Assembly: GCA_951406725.2 (NCBI GenBank)
Contig: OX597814.1
Location: forward strand, 175,336,001 to 175,400,000
From: Octopus vulgaris
Lineage: Eukaryota
Length of the DNA: 64,000 bases
Direction: 5' to 3'
Part shown: piece after piece, positions 13,430-25,008 of the stretch
How the letters are laid out: each line of letters begins with the position of its first letter
How positions within the stretch are numbered: the stretch's first letter is position 1
Position numbers and translations under genes: made by a program
The notes under the pieces: generated by a model
Seen by the model: the letters and a program-made list of their open reading frames with translations, nothing else
What the model was told of the DNA's origin: nothing
The model's database searches: none

Positions 13430-13945
13430 GAAAGAAAGAACGAAAGTTCCAGATTGATAAAAATAACCAGTATTTTTTCCTGTGTACTGCACAGGTTACA
13501 TATTTAGCTGCAGCTTATATAAGCTCCTATATCTTTAAACAATTCTGCAGCTGATGTTGCTGTTGGTAGTTTATCAGAAATAACTCCAAAGCCTTACAGT
13601 ATTTCGCTTATTGGTGTTTCTGAAAGAAGACGTATGATTAAAAAACCTATTTTTGAATGTTCCTTCTATTATACCAATAAAGCACATTCGGATGGTCCCA
13701 AGGTTCGGGTTTGTTGATTTAACACCCACCTTATTTATAATGGGCTCGGTAATATGCTCTGATGTTCCTCAGTGTTTATGGGATATAATTTGCTTCACAT
13801 GAACAGTGCAGCTAAAATTTATCTTTGGGTTATGCTTGTTGCAAAGTTTCCCATATCTGTAGCTAGTGGGGAAGTGCTTAACTGTTAAATTTAGGGAGGT
13901 TTTGTTACTTTACACAACACTTATCGTGTACCGGGGTTGGGAATT
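13430..13945 (-). pseudogene. Penelope-like element (Naiad-type), linker and GIY-YIG fragment
   Basis: KTSLNLTVKHFPTSYRYGKLCNKHNPKINFSC..KQIISH; CFIGIIEGTFKNRFFNHTSSFRN; AYISCS*ICNLC. Confidence 0.75.
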
Positions 13946-13974
13946 TTTCGGTAGAACATACTGCATCATAGACT

Positions 13975-15430
13975 ATAATATTTTGATAGCGTTGGTATAT
14001 GCAATCTTATAGGATTATATATTTTAGATACCATAGGTAAAAGTTCACCTGAATAGAACTCGGCCTGTGCGGAGATGAAGGAATAATACAGATATACAAA
14101 GCTAAGGAAGGAAATTATCCAAGTATTCAAATCATTCAGTGTTAAAATCACTATAAAGACAAATTTAATATCATAATTTACTGGATGTTGCTCTAGATAC
14201 TATCTGATAGAAACCGTTTAGAAAGTCAAATGAAATGTTTATATAAAACACAGTTTCATATCACTTAAAATAGTATTTAAAATCCTAATCAACATAAGGA
14301 TTTCGAATCTGTCCTTTAATAAAAAGATCTTTGATATAGCAATTCTTTACTACAACGATACCATAAAAGTAAGTAGATTCAAAGATAAAATTAGTTACAT
14401 ACCTACAATTTCGATCTATCATGAAAAAGAAAAGATATCACAATATCATTTGGTTTACATTACATACTCACTAAACGTCAAGACAAACGGAACGAAACCT
14501 CCCTAAGTTTAACAGATTTTGGAAACTGTTTAAGTAACTTAACCTTTAGGTAAGTTTGAACTACATCGTTAACATGAAGCAAATTATATTCCATAAGCCA
14601 AACGCAACCACTGAGGCCGGTTATTCATGTAGAAACAATATATGTTTGCTGAACGGATCATGTGATACAGATGTCATTGCACATAAGGGGAAATGAACTG
14701 ACACGAACAGCTAAGCCACCATGAGGTTGGAGAAGAGGAGTCTGCCACAGAAGAGTATGTGAAACGTTGGAAGGATATGATGAGAAAGGTGGGTGTTAGT
14801 AACCCAGCTTAATCATCAAAGAAAGGAAAAATTAGTTGCTGGGCCTTACAGGTTGCCGGGTTCAAAATCCGGAACTTGCACTTCTCCCCCTTTTCATTTT
14901 AACATATGTTATGTTTTCTAATGTTATTAAAAAAAAACGCACTAAAGTTCTCGTTATAAAGGTAAAAGTAAGCCAAGTTTTCGTTTATGTCATATTATAA
15001 CTAAATTTTTAAGTTTCATTCGAACTCTCATAACATTCTTTGTAATTGTTTGTCTTGTTATGTCCAAATCTATGTAAAATAGTATGATTATAATAAAGAT
15101 TTTATCGAAGCTACCATGAAGTGCTATGATAAAAAGGACCTTCAAATATGATAATACCTCTTTTTTCTGGAGTATATAAGGTTTTTGAGTTATATCTTAT
15201 ATTTAAAAGAAAACTATTCCAAAAGAAAAAAAAATCTTCGAATAATAATATCGACATACGATCGTTGAAATATCGAGGCCATACATAAACAGCAGTGAAA
15301 GATGTAACCTATGCACTGGAGAGGCTGGTTCTGAAAAACCTGCCGAAACCAGGCATTTATTAAACACCAAAATCGGAGATATTTGTACATGTAAACATGC
15401 TTGTAGTTTATATTAAGTAACTTGATACAG
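13975..15430 (+). pseudogene. Decayed Penelope-like element (Naiad-type), RT thumb to GIY-YIG, interrupted at about 14700-15100
   Basis: FDSVGICNLIGLYILD; KLRKEIIQVFKSFSVKITI; IRISNLSFNKKIFDIAILYYND; YSCRNNICLLNGSC; RPYINSSERCNLC; HLLN. Confidence 0.75.
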
Positions 15431-16153
15431 TTGCTCTGAATGAGAGATTGAATTCATATAGGTGTGGGCAGGGAGTACATGGATATAAAATTTTCAAGTG
15501 CTATCCTTTCATTTACTTTTTTCTTTCTTTCGTTCATTTTTCATGTTTTAAATTTTCTTCTTATCTTTTCATCAAACTGGTACTTTTTTCTTTCTTTCTT
15601 TCTTTTAGTCAAAAGAACGAATGGACCAAATAAACCATATATATTCTTGAAAAACAACAACAACAAGAAGCAAAAACAAAAACAAACAAACAAAACTAAT
15701 TGAAATTTGCTGCACATCAACAAGTCCATCATCAATGGAATTAACTCTTTAGTTTGCTCACAGGTTATCTTCATTCAAATTTAGACAATTTTTTTTAAAG
15801 CTAGGAAAAATAAAAAAAACAAAAAGATACTCAAAACTGATGTAACGTCGATATCGTATTTAACACGTCTCTCAGTTGAAGACTAAAAGTAGTAAGAGGT
15901 CAATCCCTGTCTGGCGATTAATGTATTCTAGAAACTAATAGTAGCTTGGCAAAGTTTCTATAATTGCTTAAAATACGTAAATTAACTGTATGTTCATTGA
16001 ATGCTCTTTCCTTTGACGTATGAAACATGCTAAATATCACACACTCACACACACACACACATTGTATATATACATATATATTATATATAATAATTTTTTG
16101 CGTAATGAGATAAAAAACCAAGGCTGTGTAGATATTAGAACATTTATAGACAG

Positions 16154-16205
16154 GTCTTACAGCTGTTTCCAGGATATTTATTAATTATATCCCTTCATCG
16201 GAGAC
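16154..16205 (-). ncRNA. Minimal type I hammerhead ribozyme motif (U4C variant)
   Basis: gtct-CCGATGA-a-gggatat-loop-atatcct-g-GAAA-cagctg-TA-agac. Stems I, II and III all form; stem III is palindromic. Confidence 0.7.
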
Positions 16206-16347
16206 GGTGTGAGAGGATGGTTACGTCATAGTTAGTTTAGATGTGATACAAAATAGAGAGTGAGGTGGAGGAAAGAAAATAGAGGCAAGATATGTAGGGA
16301 TACTGAAGTTGTCTATCCATTTTTTAGGCAGAATGGTATACATATAA

Positions 16348-16502
16348 GATTCCAATACCTTATGAGTAAAGTCCAACAAAGTTTAAAATGGGTCCTTCCA
16401 AATATAGAGTTTATACACAATGTACGATTCCAATACCTTGTGAGTGAGATCCAGCAATTTTTAAACTTGGTCATTCCAAGTACAGAATTTATACACAGTG
16501 TT
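16348..16502. repeat. Diverged 78-bp tandem duplication
   Basis: gattccaatacctt(a/g)tgagt...tttatacaca occurs at 16348 and 16426. Confidence 0.85.
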
Positions 16503-16617
16503 GTAGAGTCAAAGGTTTTTATATGTAGTGGCTTCATGCAGGCATGGCGTGGATTCGATCCTCGATCGCCAAATTTTACTTAACAGTTCAATAACACCTT
16601 TCTCTCAGTAAAACAAT

Positions 16618-17275
16618 TGTGAAAGCTTCGCTAAGCCGATTTATGTCTTTGCCACTTCACCCTTCTAACCTCTTGTGTGCGGTGGAGAGTTGAATACAGA
16701 AAACAGGTCGACCCCCAACGAAATCTATTGTCTTTGCAGTATGTCTATTTTTCTAAATAGTTTTGTATAGTTATAAGTACAAGAACTCTCCAAAAGCAGT
16801 TCGTGAAAAGTGACTAACGTGAGAGGCAACCCGACGGAAGAAGAGAGAAGACGTTCCTGCGTGACGGTCAGCAGTTATGATGTTTCACTTCCCTCTCGTC
16901 TCTCTCACTTTCACTTAGCCACTTTCTATTCTCTACAACATTACCCTATGTCTGTCTGTGGTTTACTACTACACAATGACGAGAACATAAACACGCCTAT
17001 ACAAGAAAAAATTAACTCTCTTAACCTCGCATGCTTTTCCATTTCTATGATACACGCCTGCCCGTCGAGGCATGGCATTATATAAAGTAACGGTAAATAA
17101 ATTTTGAGTCAACTTCAACTTTGATCACTCTTCTTTCGTGTTCATCAACATCATACACATAACATCATACCGCTACAAATGGTAACTTCTGAACCATTAT
17201 ATTTACTGTTACAATTGGTGACCGTCGACTACAACTAATAACTAACATTTTCCGTTACAAATGGTGACCTCCGTC
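16618..17275 (+). mobile_element. LTR (about 560 bp, TG...CA) followed by three PBS-like motifs; truncated Gypsy/BEL-type element
   Basis: Starts tgtg at 16618, AATAAA at about 17096, ends gctaca at 17177. Then comes nnTGGT(G/A)AC, resembling the tRNA-Trp PBS TGGTGACCCCGAC, three times. Confidence 0.65.
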
Positions 17276-17402
17276 TAGAAAGAACTACTCCCTTCTGATG
17301 CAACAGGAGCCGATGCATATCTTTACAACTAACATAAAAGACATGGTTACACACACATACACACACATTATATGTATATATATAAGCATATATATGTGTA
17401 TA

Positions 17403-17465
<63 letters not shown>

Positions 17466-17905
17466 ATCTTTTACTCTTGTTACGATCATTGGACTGCGCC
17501 CATGTTGGAGCACCGCTTTGAACGGTTTGTAGTCGAATGAATCGACCCAAGTACTTATTTAAAAAAAAACAAACTTGGTACTTATTCCTTCAGCTTCTTT
17601 CCGAAACGCAAAGTCACGGGGGTGTAACCAAACCAACACCAGTTGTCAAGTGGTGATGATAGTGGTGGTGGTGGTGGCGGAGTCAAGTACAAAAGTCACA
17701 CACATAGATACACACACACATCCACACAGACACACACACACACATATATATATATACACACAGATACACGACGGACTTCTTTTAGTTTCCGTATATCAAA
17801 TCCATTCACAAGGCTTTATTCGGATCGGTACGATAGTAGACAACAGTTGTCCATGGTGCCACGCAGTAGGACTGAACCGAGAACCATGTGATTAGGAAGC
17901 AAACT
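17466..17905 (-). mobile_element. Older family-A SINE
   Basis: Reverse-complement match to the copies at 8351 and 10988. Confidence 0.8.
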
Positions 17906-18666
17906 TCTTCCTTCATTTTTTCCCCTTATCTCTTTCTCACTCCAATCCAATTCTTATTCTCTCTATCAAATTTCCTCTTTAACGTCTGTCTTCTAGGAAA
18001 GTAAATAAGTAAAGAAAAAAAGTGAAACAAAAAAAAAAACATGGGAAAGACAGATTGAAAAGTCGAAGATAATTCAAAAAAGAGAGTATAAAGGGAAAAC
18101 AGGAAAGACAAAGTGGAAGGCGATGAGCAAATGAAATATAGAAGATTAGAGAGGGAAAGAGAGAGATAGACATAGATATAAATAGACAGATATAGATAGA
18201 TAGATAAATAGATAGATAGACATAGATATAAATAGACAGATATAGATAGATAGATAAATAAATAGATAGATAGATAGAGAAAGGCAGGAAGGAAGGAAGG
18301 AAGAAAGATCAATAAACGAGGAGCAAGAATGCTGGCTTCTCTATCACATGATTGATAGAGTAATTGATAATGAACCGGATGTAAAAGTACGAATTTAATT
18401 TAACAAACGTCAATGCAATAGTCGTAGATTCGTTGTGATCTCATGAGCTTATTTCACATGAAAAAATATTTGCTCTGCTAGCGGGTTTGTGTAAGTAATG
18501 ACATTAAATGTTCACTTGCATATAGTCTCGAATCTGAATTTTGCTTCAGACGAATTAAGTAAATAACAACACATACAGATAATAACGCTTCAGTTTAATT
18601 GCTAACGAAAAAAACTTGTACGCAGTCACAGGCGAGCTGTGTGAAATATTAACTAAATCTCACCTG

Positions 18667-19086
18667 GGATCTTTTCGGTTTGAACGGCAGTTTTTTCTAG
18701 CGGTGTCATATGAAATTGTCACCCATAATTATGACCCTAGTATCGATCTATTGCATTTCAATCTGTTTTAGGGTTAGGGTTAGTTAGAGGGAAGGGTATC
18801 TTTTTTTCTTCATAAATGTAAATAAACCCAATCTGTTTCTTAAACGAGGGACATATTCATACGGCACAGAATGTTTTTTCTTTACTTCAATAGACGTCAG
18901 TGATTGGTTGAAATTGCAGAAATTGAAGAAAAAACAACAACAAATATCTTTCAAACTATAGAATTTTCTCAATAAAGCCAAGAGAAAAAGATGTTTTATA
19001 AACACACTCTACCAGTATACGAAGTTTAAAATATTTTAGTTACCTAGAAATTATGTTAAAAACTGCCGTTCAAACCGAAATGATTC
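18667..19086 (+). mobile_element. MITE, Merlin-like family with internal TTAGGG tract
   Basis: TIR GGATCTTTTCGGTTTGAACGGCAGTTTTT; right TIR slightly mutated; no clean TSD. Confidence 0.85.
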
Positions 19087-19542
19087 AATCTCTTACTAAT
19101 GGTACAAATCCATATGGAATACTTTAAAAAATAAACGTTTCAGACTCAAAATAGACTTCATATGTATGCGGCAAAATATCTAAAAATTCTGTACTACAAT
19201 ATTAACGGCAATAATTCAGGAAACATTCTTACAGCCGCGACACAGAACTCACTGCGGTCTAAATTCTTCCAAAATCAAACGTAAAAAAAAACCCTCTTCC
19301 ATAATAGACATCTAATCACACATATAAAACATTTTATGTACTGATATCACGAATGACTTTCATATACTAATGTGAAACGACAGACACTACAAAAATGCAG
19401 GTTTTCAAAATGACAATCATTAATATAATTAACATATAGATTCGCGAGCGTGGCTGTATGGTCAAGAAGTTCGATTTGAAACTATGTGATTTTAGGTTCA
19501 ATCCCACAATACTGCAAGCTGGGTACATATCTTCTACTATCG

Positions 19543-19749
19543 CAGTGGGGATCCATGTAAGATTTTGCAGTTAATATTTTGTGGTTCAATAAATTCATTA
19601 TACTTCTACAATACATAAAATTTTTAATACAGTTTCTAATAACATTTAATTATAAAAATTGGAGTTTTTAAAGCAACGAATGGCTATGGGAGTCGACCCA
19701 AACAAAATAGGAATCAAAAGGGTTCATAAAAAATAGTTGAGAATCACTG
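19543..19749 (+). mobile_element. hAT-type MITE (CAGTG...CACTG)
   Basis: Termini cagtg/gttgagaatcactg; imperfect 8-bp TSD tactatcg/tactgttg. Confidence 0.65.
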
Positions 19750-19888
19750 TACTGTTGTCTCATGTCGACCAATACCTTGTAAATAGAATTTGGTAGACGG
19801 AAACTGTTCATTCATTCATTCATTCATTCATTCATTCATTCATTCATTCATTCATTCATACATACATACATACATACATACAGTTTAG

Positions 19889-20510
19889 TAGAAGCCATAG
19901 CCACTCATAATAAAAAGGAGTACTGATGGAAGTCCTAGTGAAGACCTCAATATAATATAAGCACAACAAACCTGGTATAATGATTTGGGATAGAGAAGAG
20001 AAACTGTGTACAGTTGTGGAAATTAGCTGAAGATCAGTGAAAAAGAGAACACCTACGCTGAACTATTGAGAAATGTGCATTTACTCTTTCCAGATTACAA
20101 GTTCAGATTTATACCTGTAATTACTAGGGCCCTGGGATATGTAACACACTGCCAAAATACCAATCTTGAGAAATTAGGCTTCTCAAAACCAGAATGGAGA
20201 AAGCTAATTCGAAGACTACAAATCCAATTCATCACTGGAACAGTAAAAATCTGTAAAACGTTCCAGAAGTTTATCGTTTATGTCTGGACATGCAAATATA
20301 TGTATGAGAATACATACATAAAATAAAATCTGCAAATCTGCATACATACATACATACATACATACATACATACATACATACATACATACATACATACATA
20401 CATACATTCCCTGTTGATGTTGAAATTCCAACGAAGGAGCCTTGGATCTAGGTTAGAAACCGGCTCTTTCTCTATTGGCAAGAAATTTTGAAATAAAACT
20501 AAAGAATGAC
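19889..20510 (+). mobile_element. R4/Dong-clade LINE 3' end (restriction-like endonuclease and 3' UTR) in a (CATT/CATA)n tract
   Basis: KHNKPGIMIWDREEKLCTVVEIS..EKENTYAELL..FIPVITRALGYV..GTVKICKTF; flanked by (CATA)n. Confidence 0.85.
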
Positions 20511-20869
20511 ATACATGCACACCTATGTGTATGTTTTTGTGTATGTGTGTGTGTGTGGGCGTGCGTATCTTTGTGTGTGTGCACGCATGCGCATGTATTT
20601 CTATTATGGTCTATAAACTGGTTTAATTTGTGTTAAGATCCTTCTACTATAGTATAACTTAGTGGTTTTACAAATAAATATCGATAAAATAAGTACTCAA
20701 CCCAAATGTGTGCTTGATGTTGGTGCCCCAGCGTGGCCGATGAAATAAAATAAAATATAAAGCACATAGCTAATGCTAGTACTGTTGATGATTAAAGTCG
20801 AGGTCTTAACAGCAAAATATGGCAAAAAAACACCAACAAAATCAAAAGCAAAGACAAAAACAAAAGGTA

Positions 20870-21028
20870 CCGGTGTGGCTGTGTGGTAAGAAACTTGTTT
20901 CCCAACCACATGATTCTGGGTTCAGTTTCACTACGTGGCACCTTGGGCAAATGTCTTCTACTATAACCTCGGGCCGACTAAAGCCTTGTGAGTGGATTTG
21001 GTAGACGGAAACTGAAAGGAGCTCGTCG

Positions 21029-21098
<70 letters not shown>

Positions 21099-21266
21099 TG
21101 TGTGTCTGTGTTTGTCCCCGTAACTTGTCGGTTCGGCAAAAGAGACCGATAGAATAAGTCCTAGGATTACAACGAATAAGTCGTGGGGTCGATTCGTTCG
21201 ACTAAAGGCGGTGCTCCAGCATGCTCGCAGTCAAATGACTGAAGCAAGTAAAAGAGTAGAAGAGTA
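20870..21266 (+). mobile_element. Family-A SINE
   Basis: Matches the other family-A copies. Confidence 0.88.
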
Positions 21267-21369
21267 ACTGCAACAAAAACAATACAAAAACAAAGCAAAA
21301 CAAAAACAAAAACAAAAAAGAAAACAAGGACAGTTTTAAAGGAAATAACAATTAGCAACATAAGAATTG

Positions 21370-21550
21370 AAGAATCTTAAAACAAGCCGGCTGTTTTAAA
21401 TATTTGAGAAGCATCATTGCATCAGATGGGAAAAACTTCACAGAAATTAAGTCAAAGATGAGATAAGCCAAAGCTGCTTATAAGTGAGATCAAATATATA
21501 CTGTCAATTAAGCGACCGCCAATAATAGTGAGAAAAAAGAGTCCTTGACA
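21370..21550 (+). pseudogene. RTE-like RT fragment
   Basis: LKQAGCFKYLRSIIASDGKNFTEIKSKMR*AKAA resembles the FKYLGS.I..DG...EI..RI..AK.AF motif. Confidence 0.6.
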
Positions 21551-22039
21551 CACACACACACACACACAAGTACACAAGCACACACACATTAAGAAAAAGG
21601 AGAAAGCCAGAATTTTGGATAATTATATATATATAGTGAGAATTTACAAAAAAACAACAAAAAAAAAACAAAAAACGAAGACGGGTATGTAGACAACAAA
21701 CAGATGTATTAGTTTAACGCTCGGGAAGTGAGAAAGTTTTTTACGTTTCTAGCCTACGCTCTTCGACAGAAAGGAACACAGAAATAAACACGGAGAGAAA
21801 ATAGAAAAAGGTTTAGTGGCTAGCGATCTATCATGGCGAATACCGGACTGAGGGGTCACACAGGAGAGCTAGGAAGAAGGGGCGATAATAAAGTAGTGGT
21901 AATCCCAAAACTAAGATGCGCGTGCGTGTGTATGTGAGAGCGTGTATGTGCATGTGGAAGGGAGCTGGTGACATTGAAGTGTTCGTGTGTGCATGTGTAG
22001 GTGTGTGGATGATGGTGTAGATGCTGAGAAGTGGTCAGT

Positions 22040-22190
22040 GCTAGTGTGTGCGGGGTGGTGTGGTGTGTGGTGGTGTGTGATGTGGTGGTGTGTGGTGTGT
22101 TGGTGTGGTGGTGTGTGGTGTGTTGGCGTGTGGTGTGGTGGTGTGGTGGTGTGGTGTGGTGGTGTTGTGGCGTGGGGGAGGCGAGGGTGG
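22040..22190. repeat. (TGG/TGTGG)n low-complexity tract
   Basis: Directly visible. Confidence 0.9.
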
Positions 22191-23179
22191 GGAAGCACAA
22201 CTAGGACACCTTGACACTCGCATAAGCACCATCATTGAGGAAGATCTCAGAGCCATCAGTACCTCCTCATTTTCAAATGGTACAGACAGTAAGAAACTAA
22301 ATTCCCTTGAAATCCTAAATAAACCACTCATTCCTCATCAATCCAATAAACCCAACATTTCGTCAGACATCACATTTTGCTTCATACACCAAGCTAACCC
22401 AACCGCATGGCAAACAGTTCCCAACATTTTCTCGACCCGCTTAACAATTATAAAAACAGACTCAATGAAGAAAGCAAAATCCCTTTCACTATCCTGGGGA
22501 GAAAAACACACTAGAACAAATTATATTGAAAAAAAATAAAGAAAACAGAACCAAAATTTTCGGAAGTCAAGTGTTACAATCATCAACAGAAACATCGACT
22601 GCCGTACATATATTCATAAGAATTGTTATCGCAGCCAAAAGACATTCCATAAGGCAACATAAAAGATACTATCTGAAATAAACGCCAGAAATAGCAAATC
22701 TCTTAAAAACTAGCGACAATCTCAATTACAAGACATTCATGCTACACATAACCGAAACATCGCATCAATCAGCTAAAGAAGGAAAAATACCTTACAAAAA
22801 CACCCCCGAGAAAACTGTTGTATTCGACTTAAATTAGAGTACTAACAATAAAAAAGAACTATAAAAAGTAATAAGCAGCATCAAAATAGACAAGGATCAC
22901 ACCATAGGCCATGTCACAATAACAACATCAAATAATGTATTCACATTGTAGTATCAATCAAATGCCTTTATTAGACAATTCTCGGAAGTCAACCATGAAA
23001 ACCACACAAAATTAGAAATACTCAAATTCCACTAAGTCACGATTTTAACTTCCTTTTCCCCGCTAGACACTAGAAAAAGAAAGGAGAAATTATAAATAAA
23101 AAATCACTGCAATTACTGAAATCTATGGCTATTCGTACAGATATTGAAAATTTCTAGAATCTAAAAGCTTGGCAAAATA

Positions 23180-23850
23180 ATGGCTTCAAATTGTGGTACA
23201 AGACTCGCAACTTTTTATGTCGATTATATCGACTCTAGTGATCAACTGTTACTTATTTTATCGACCTCGAAAGGATAAAAATCAAAGTCGACCTCGGCAG
23301 AATTTGAACTCAGAACGTAAAGCCTGAAGAAATACTGCTAAGAATTTTTGTCTAGCGTGCTAACGATTACGCTAGCTATCCGTCTTAAACTGGGTAAAAT
23401 AATCCTTTCTATTATAGGCACAAGGCCTGAAATTTGGATGAGGGGGATAGTCAATTACATTGACCCCAATACTCAACTGGTACTTAATTTACTGACCCCG
23501 AAAGGATGAGATGTAAAGTCGACCTCGGCGGAATTTGAACTGAGAACGTAGCGACGGGCGAAATACCTCTAAGCATTTCGTCCAGCGTGCTAACAATTCT
23601 GCCAGCTCACCGCCTTAAAACTGGGTAAAATAATGGTTTCAAATTTTGGCACAAGGCTAGCAATTTAGCGGGAGGGGCCAAGTTGATTACATTAACCCCA
23701 AACACTCAACTGGTTTTTATTCTATCGACTCCGAAAGGCTGTTAAAGCAAAGTCGACCTTGGCGGAATTTGAACGCAGAACGTAAAGACGGACGAAATGC
23801 CGTTAAGCATTTTGTCCGGCGTACTAATGACTCTGCTAGCTCGCCGCCCA
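23180..23850 (-). mobile_element. Three head-to-tail family-B SINEs separated by a repeated target sequence
   Basis: The separator (aa)actgggtaaaataat or a variant occurs four times (about 23165, 23387, 23618, 23850). Confidence 0.85.
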
Positions 23851-23867
23851 TAGCTGGGCAAGATAAT

Positions 23868-24195
23868 AGTTAATTAGTTAATTTTTGGCTCGAAAGCAAA
23901 TAGCAAGGCCATGTAGGGGGACATGGAGTTAAGTGCAGGGTGGTATTCATGTAAAGAGTTCAGGCCACTTGAGGTCAAGGGAGACTTTGAACAAAGCGGT
24001 CGTCGGCATCTTCACCATCTCGTCTGGCAGCTTGTTCCACGGATCCGCAACCCGGACGGAGAAAGCTCCTCTCCTTCGATTGAGATGAAATCGTCGCAGG
24101 CAGAGCTTTTCGGAAATACCCCGCAGCCGACGCTCTGGAGCAGGAGTGAAGAACAGCTCTTTCGAGAGGTTACACTTTCCGCTTATGATGTATAT
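23868..24195 (-). mobile_element. CR1-clade LINE 3' end (second family)
   Basis: RLRGISEKLCLRRFHLNRRRGAFSVRVADPWNKLPDEMV..FKVSLD; (AATTAACT)-type tail. Confidence 0.85.
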
Positions 24196-24352
24196 AGTAA
24201 TTGTAAAGCTCGACGACACATCTCTCACTTATGCATGCTCTCAAAAATTCCGGGAAAGCAAATCGTTGATATCATTGATTCATATATTGTCGTCTGTAAA
24301 TCGCAATATCGATTCAGACCACTATACAGAATCACCTCACAGTGCACAGGCC

Positions 24353-24889
24353 GGATCTTTTCCTTTTGAACGGCATATGTCAACACAATTTCTAGTTAAC
24401 TAAACACTTTTAAACTTCGTATACTGGTAGAATGTGTTTATAAAACATCATTTTTTTCTTGGCTTTATTGAGAAAATTCTATAGTTTGTAAGATATTTCC
24501 ACTTTAAAATCGAGCATTTCGGCAATTTTAACCAATCGCTGGAGTCCATTTGGGGTGAAAACATTCCGTGCTGTATGAATATGTCCCTCGTTTAAGAAAC
24601 GGATTGGGTTTATTTACATTTGCGAAGAAAAAAAGATACCCTTCCCCATCCCTAACCCTAATCCTAACCCTAACCCAACCCCTAACCCTAACTCTAACTA
24701 ACCCTAACCCTAAAACAGCTTGAAATGCAATAGATCGATACTAGGGTTATAGTTATGGGTGACAATTTCATACGACACCGCTACGGAAAATGGGATTTTT
24801 TTCTAGCGGTGTCAAATGAAAATGTTACCCATAATTATAACCCTAGTATCGATCTATTGCATTTCAATCTGTTTTAGGGTTAGGGTTAG
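24353..24889 (-). mobile_element. Merlin-like MITE relative with expanded (CCCTAA)n and a fold-back end
   Basis: Terminus GGATCTTTTCCTTTTGAACGGC at 24353; about 10 telomere-like units at 24650-24712; inverted copy of 24700-24783 at 24804-24889. Confidence 0.8.
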
Positions 24890-25008
24890 TTTCTTCAATG
24901 TCATGAATGGTGTGAGTGAAGTAAAAGCGGTTTCAACTGCATGTAGAAACCGGGCCATAGATACGGCTCCCATTTACGGGGCATACAACAGCAGCAGCAG
25001 CAGCAGCT

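Larger units (their letters stand above)
19440..20745 (+). mobile_element. Old family-A SINE split by nested hAT-like MITE and Dong insertions
   Basis: Head at 19445-19542, continuation at 19750-19807, 3' part at about 20520-20745. Confidence 0.65.

Noticed and set aside
20420-20470. Hammerhead-like gaaaccgg motif in the Dong 3' UTR
   Set aside because: No recognisable CUGANGA box or stem I.
24650-24712. True telomere or chromosome-fusion scar
   Set aside because: Short degenerate tract at the fixed internal position of the MITE family.
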